From IMG/VR virus record IMGVR_UViG_2713896900_000010: a stretch of DNA of 16,377 bases, one strand, 5' to 3'. How positions within the stretch are numbered: the stretch's first letter is position 1; each line of letters begins with the position of its first letter. Under the pieces are notes generated by a model that was not told the origin of the DNA, did not search any database, and saw only the letters and a program-made list of their open reading frames with translations. Position numbers and translations under genes: made by a program. Shown here piece by piece: positions 15,598 through 16,377 of the stretch. This DNA is from a virus (lineage: Duplodnaviria; Heunggongvirae; Uroviricota; Caudoviricetes).

Positions 15598-16377
15598 CAT
15601 TACCGTTTGATACAACACCCCATCCAGCTCACTGGCATCTCCGTCCCTGCTATCCGGTAACATGGGAGGGAGCTCACCGCGCACCAGTTCCGTACTAATA
15701 AACACATGCAACAAAGGACGACGCGGACCATATTCCGCTTCACCCGCACGCTGTTTACATTCCAGCAACTCGTCTATTTCTGCGCGTAACGGCGCATCAA
15801 GTCCGCTTCCCGCCAGTAATTCGGCAAACCGCATTGGCGGTACACCTTTACCCGCTTCAACCCAACGCACAGCCAGCAGTGGCCGCAGCACGTAAAAGTA
15901 TTTTTTCAGCCAAACTACGTTGCCCTGCAAATAACCGCGAAAATTTTTCCGCGCCATCGAATAATAATGCCAACGCGCGCGCAGCGGAGAAAACCACTTC
16001 GGCACCATTGCCTTAAGCGCCGTTATCGTTTCTTCATCTTGTTGATAGACCACCGGAGAATCCAGCCATTCAATCAGCGTCGGATTCGCGTCTTTCAGTA
16101 ATCCCAGCGCCTTGCGCCACTCCCAGCCTGAAACATCTAACTCGTCGTCAATAGGCAACTCAATAACATCGCGCGGCGCCTCCACCCGCAGATACCATTC
16201 CGGCGGATGAACATACAAGAACCGCACATCGTAGTCGCTGTCGGGTGAGGCAAATCCCCAACCGCGACTCCCCGATTCACTCGCATACAACACTTTCACA
16301 TCATACCGCCGTTCAATTTCTTTTAACTGCTGCGATACCCGTTCGTGCATCGCAACACTGACTCCATTTAATGGCAT
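15586..16377 (-). CDS. Pol-beta-superfamily nucleotidyltransferase (263 aa)
   Basis: N-terminal active-site signature GS-x10-DxD (ESGSRGWGFASPDSDYDV) typical of the polymerase-beta nucleotidyltransferase fold, followed by a ~170 aa helical C-terminal domain. Its start codon coincides with the window edge, so the true N-terminus and upstream partner genes cannot be verified. Confidence 0.65.
   Translation of the reverse strand: MPLNGVSVAMHERVSQQLKEIERRYDVKVLYASESGSRGWGFASPDSDYDVRFLYVHPPEWYLRVEAPRDVIELPIDDELDVSGWEWRKALGLLKDANPTLIEWLDSPVVYQQDEETITALKAMVPKWFSPLRARWHYYSMARKNFRGYLQGNVVWLKKYFYVLRPLLAVRWVEAGKGVPPMRFAELLAGSGLDAPLRAEIDELLECKQRAGEAEYGPRRPLLHVFISTELVRGELPPMLPDSRDGDASELDGVLYQTVMRRA

Noticed and set aside
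15662-16016. Two plus-strand ORFs (77 and 60 aa) inside the nucleotidyltransferase gene
   Set aside because: Antisense to the better-supported minus-strand gene with a clear active-site motif; Ser/Ala/Arg-rich low-complexity translation.
1-16377. tRNA genes, CRISPR arrays, insertion sequences, integrase or att sites
   Set aside because: No cloverleaf-like conserved tRNA segments, no regularly spaced direct repeats, no terminal inverted repeats or transposase/integrase-like ORFs were seen; mobility functions, if any, lie outside this window.

Overview
This 16.4 kb window reads as a prophage-derived late region of the phage Mu type, in an enterobacterial-like GC/codon background. From left to right: a divergently oriented Mor/C-family activator gene (1-348, minus strand); a 555 bp AT-rich regulatory region with a near-consensus LexA (SOS) box (568-587); a three-gene lysis cassette (holin-like membrane protein, signal-peptide/SAR lytic transglycosylase, membrane-anchored coiled-coil protein) ending in a strong intrinsic terminator; then a complete contractile-tail module in Mu gene order (two small unknown proteins, sheath, tube, gpE-like chaperone, tape measure, gpU/N-like, gpX-like, gpD-like hub, gpV-like spike, gp25/W-like, J-like, I-like, tail fiber, tail fiber assembly protein). 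A Cys/His-rich 151 aa gene is translationally coupled to the end of the tail operon, and a convergent Pol-beta-superfamily nucleotidyltransferase gene sits at the right edge. No capsid, portal, terminase, integrase or transposase genes, tRNAs or CRISPR arrays are present. The most interesting reading is a head-less, SOS-wired, Mor-activated lysis-plus-tail cassette, i.e. a candidate Mu-lineage tailocin (or a defective prophage remnant). All functional calls rest on my reading of the translated ORFs and recalled family motifs; no database search was run.
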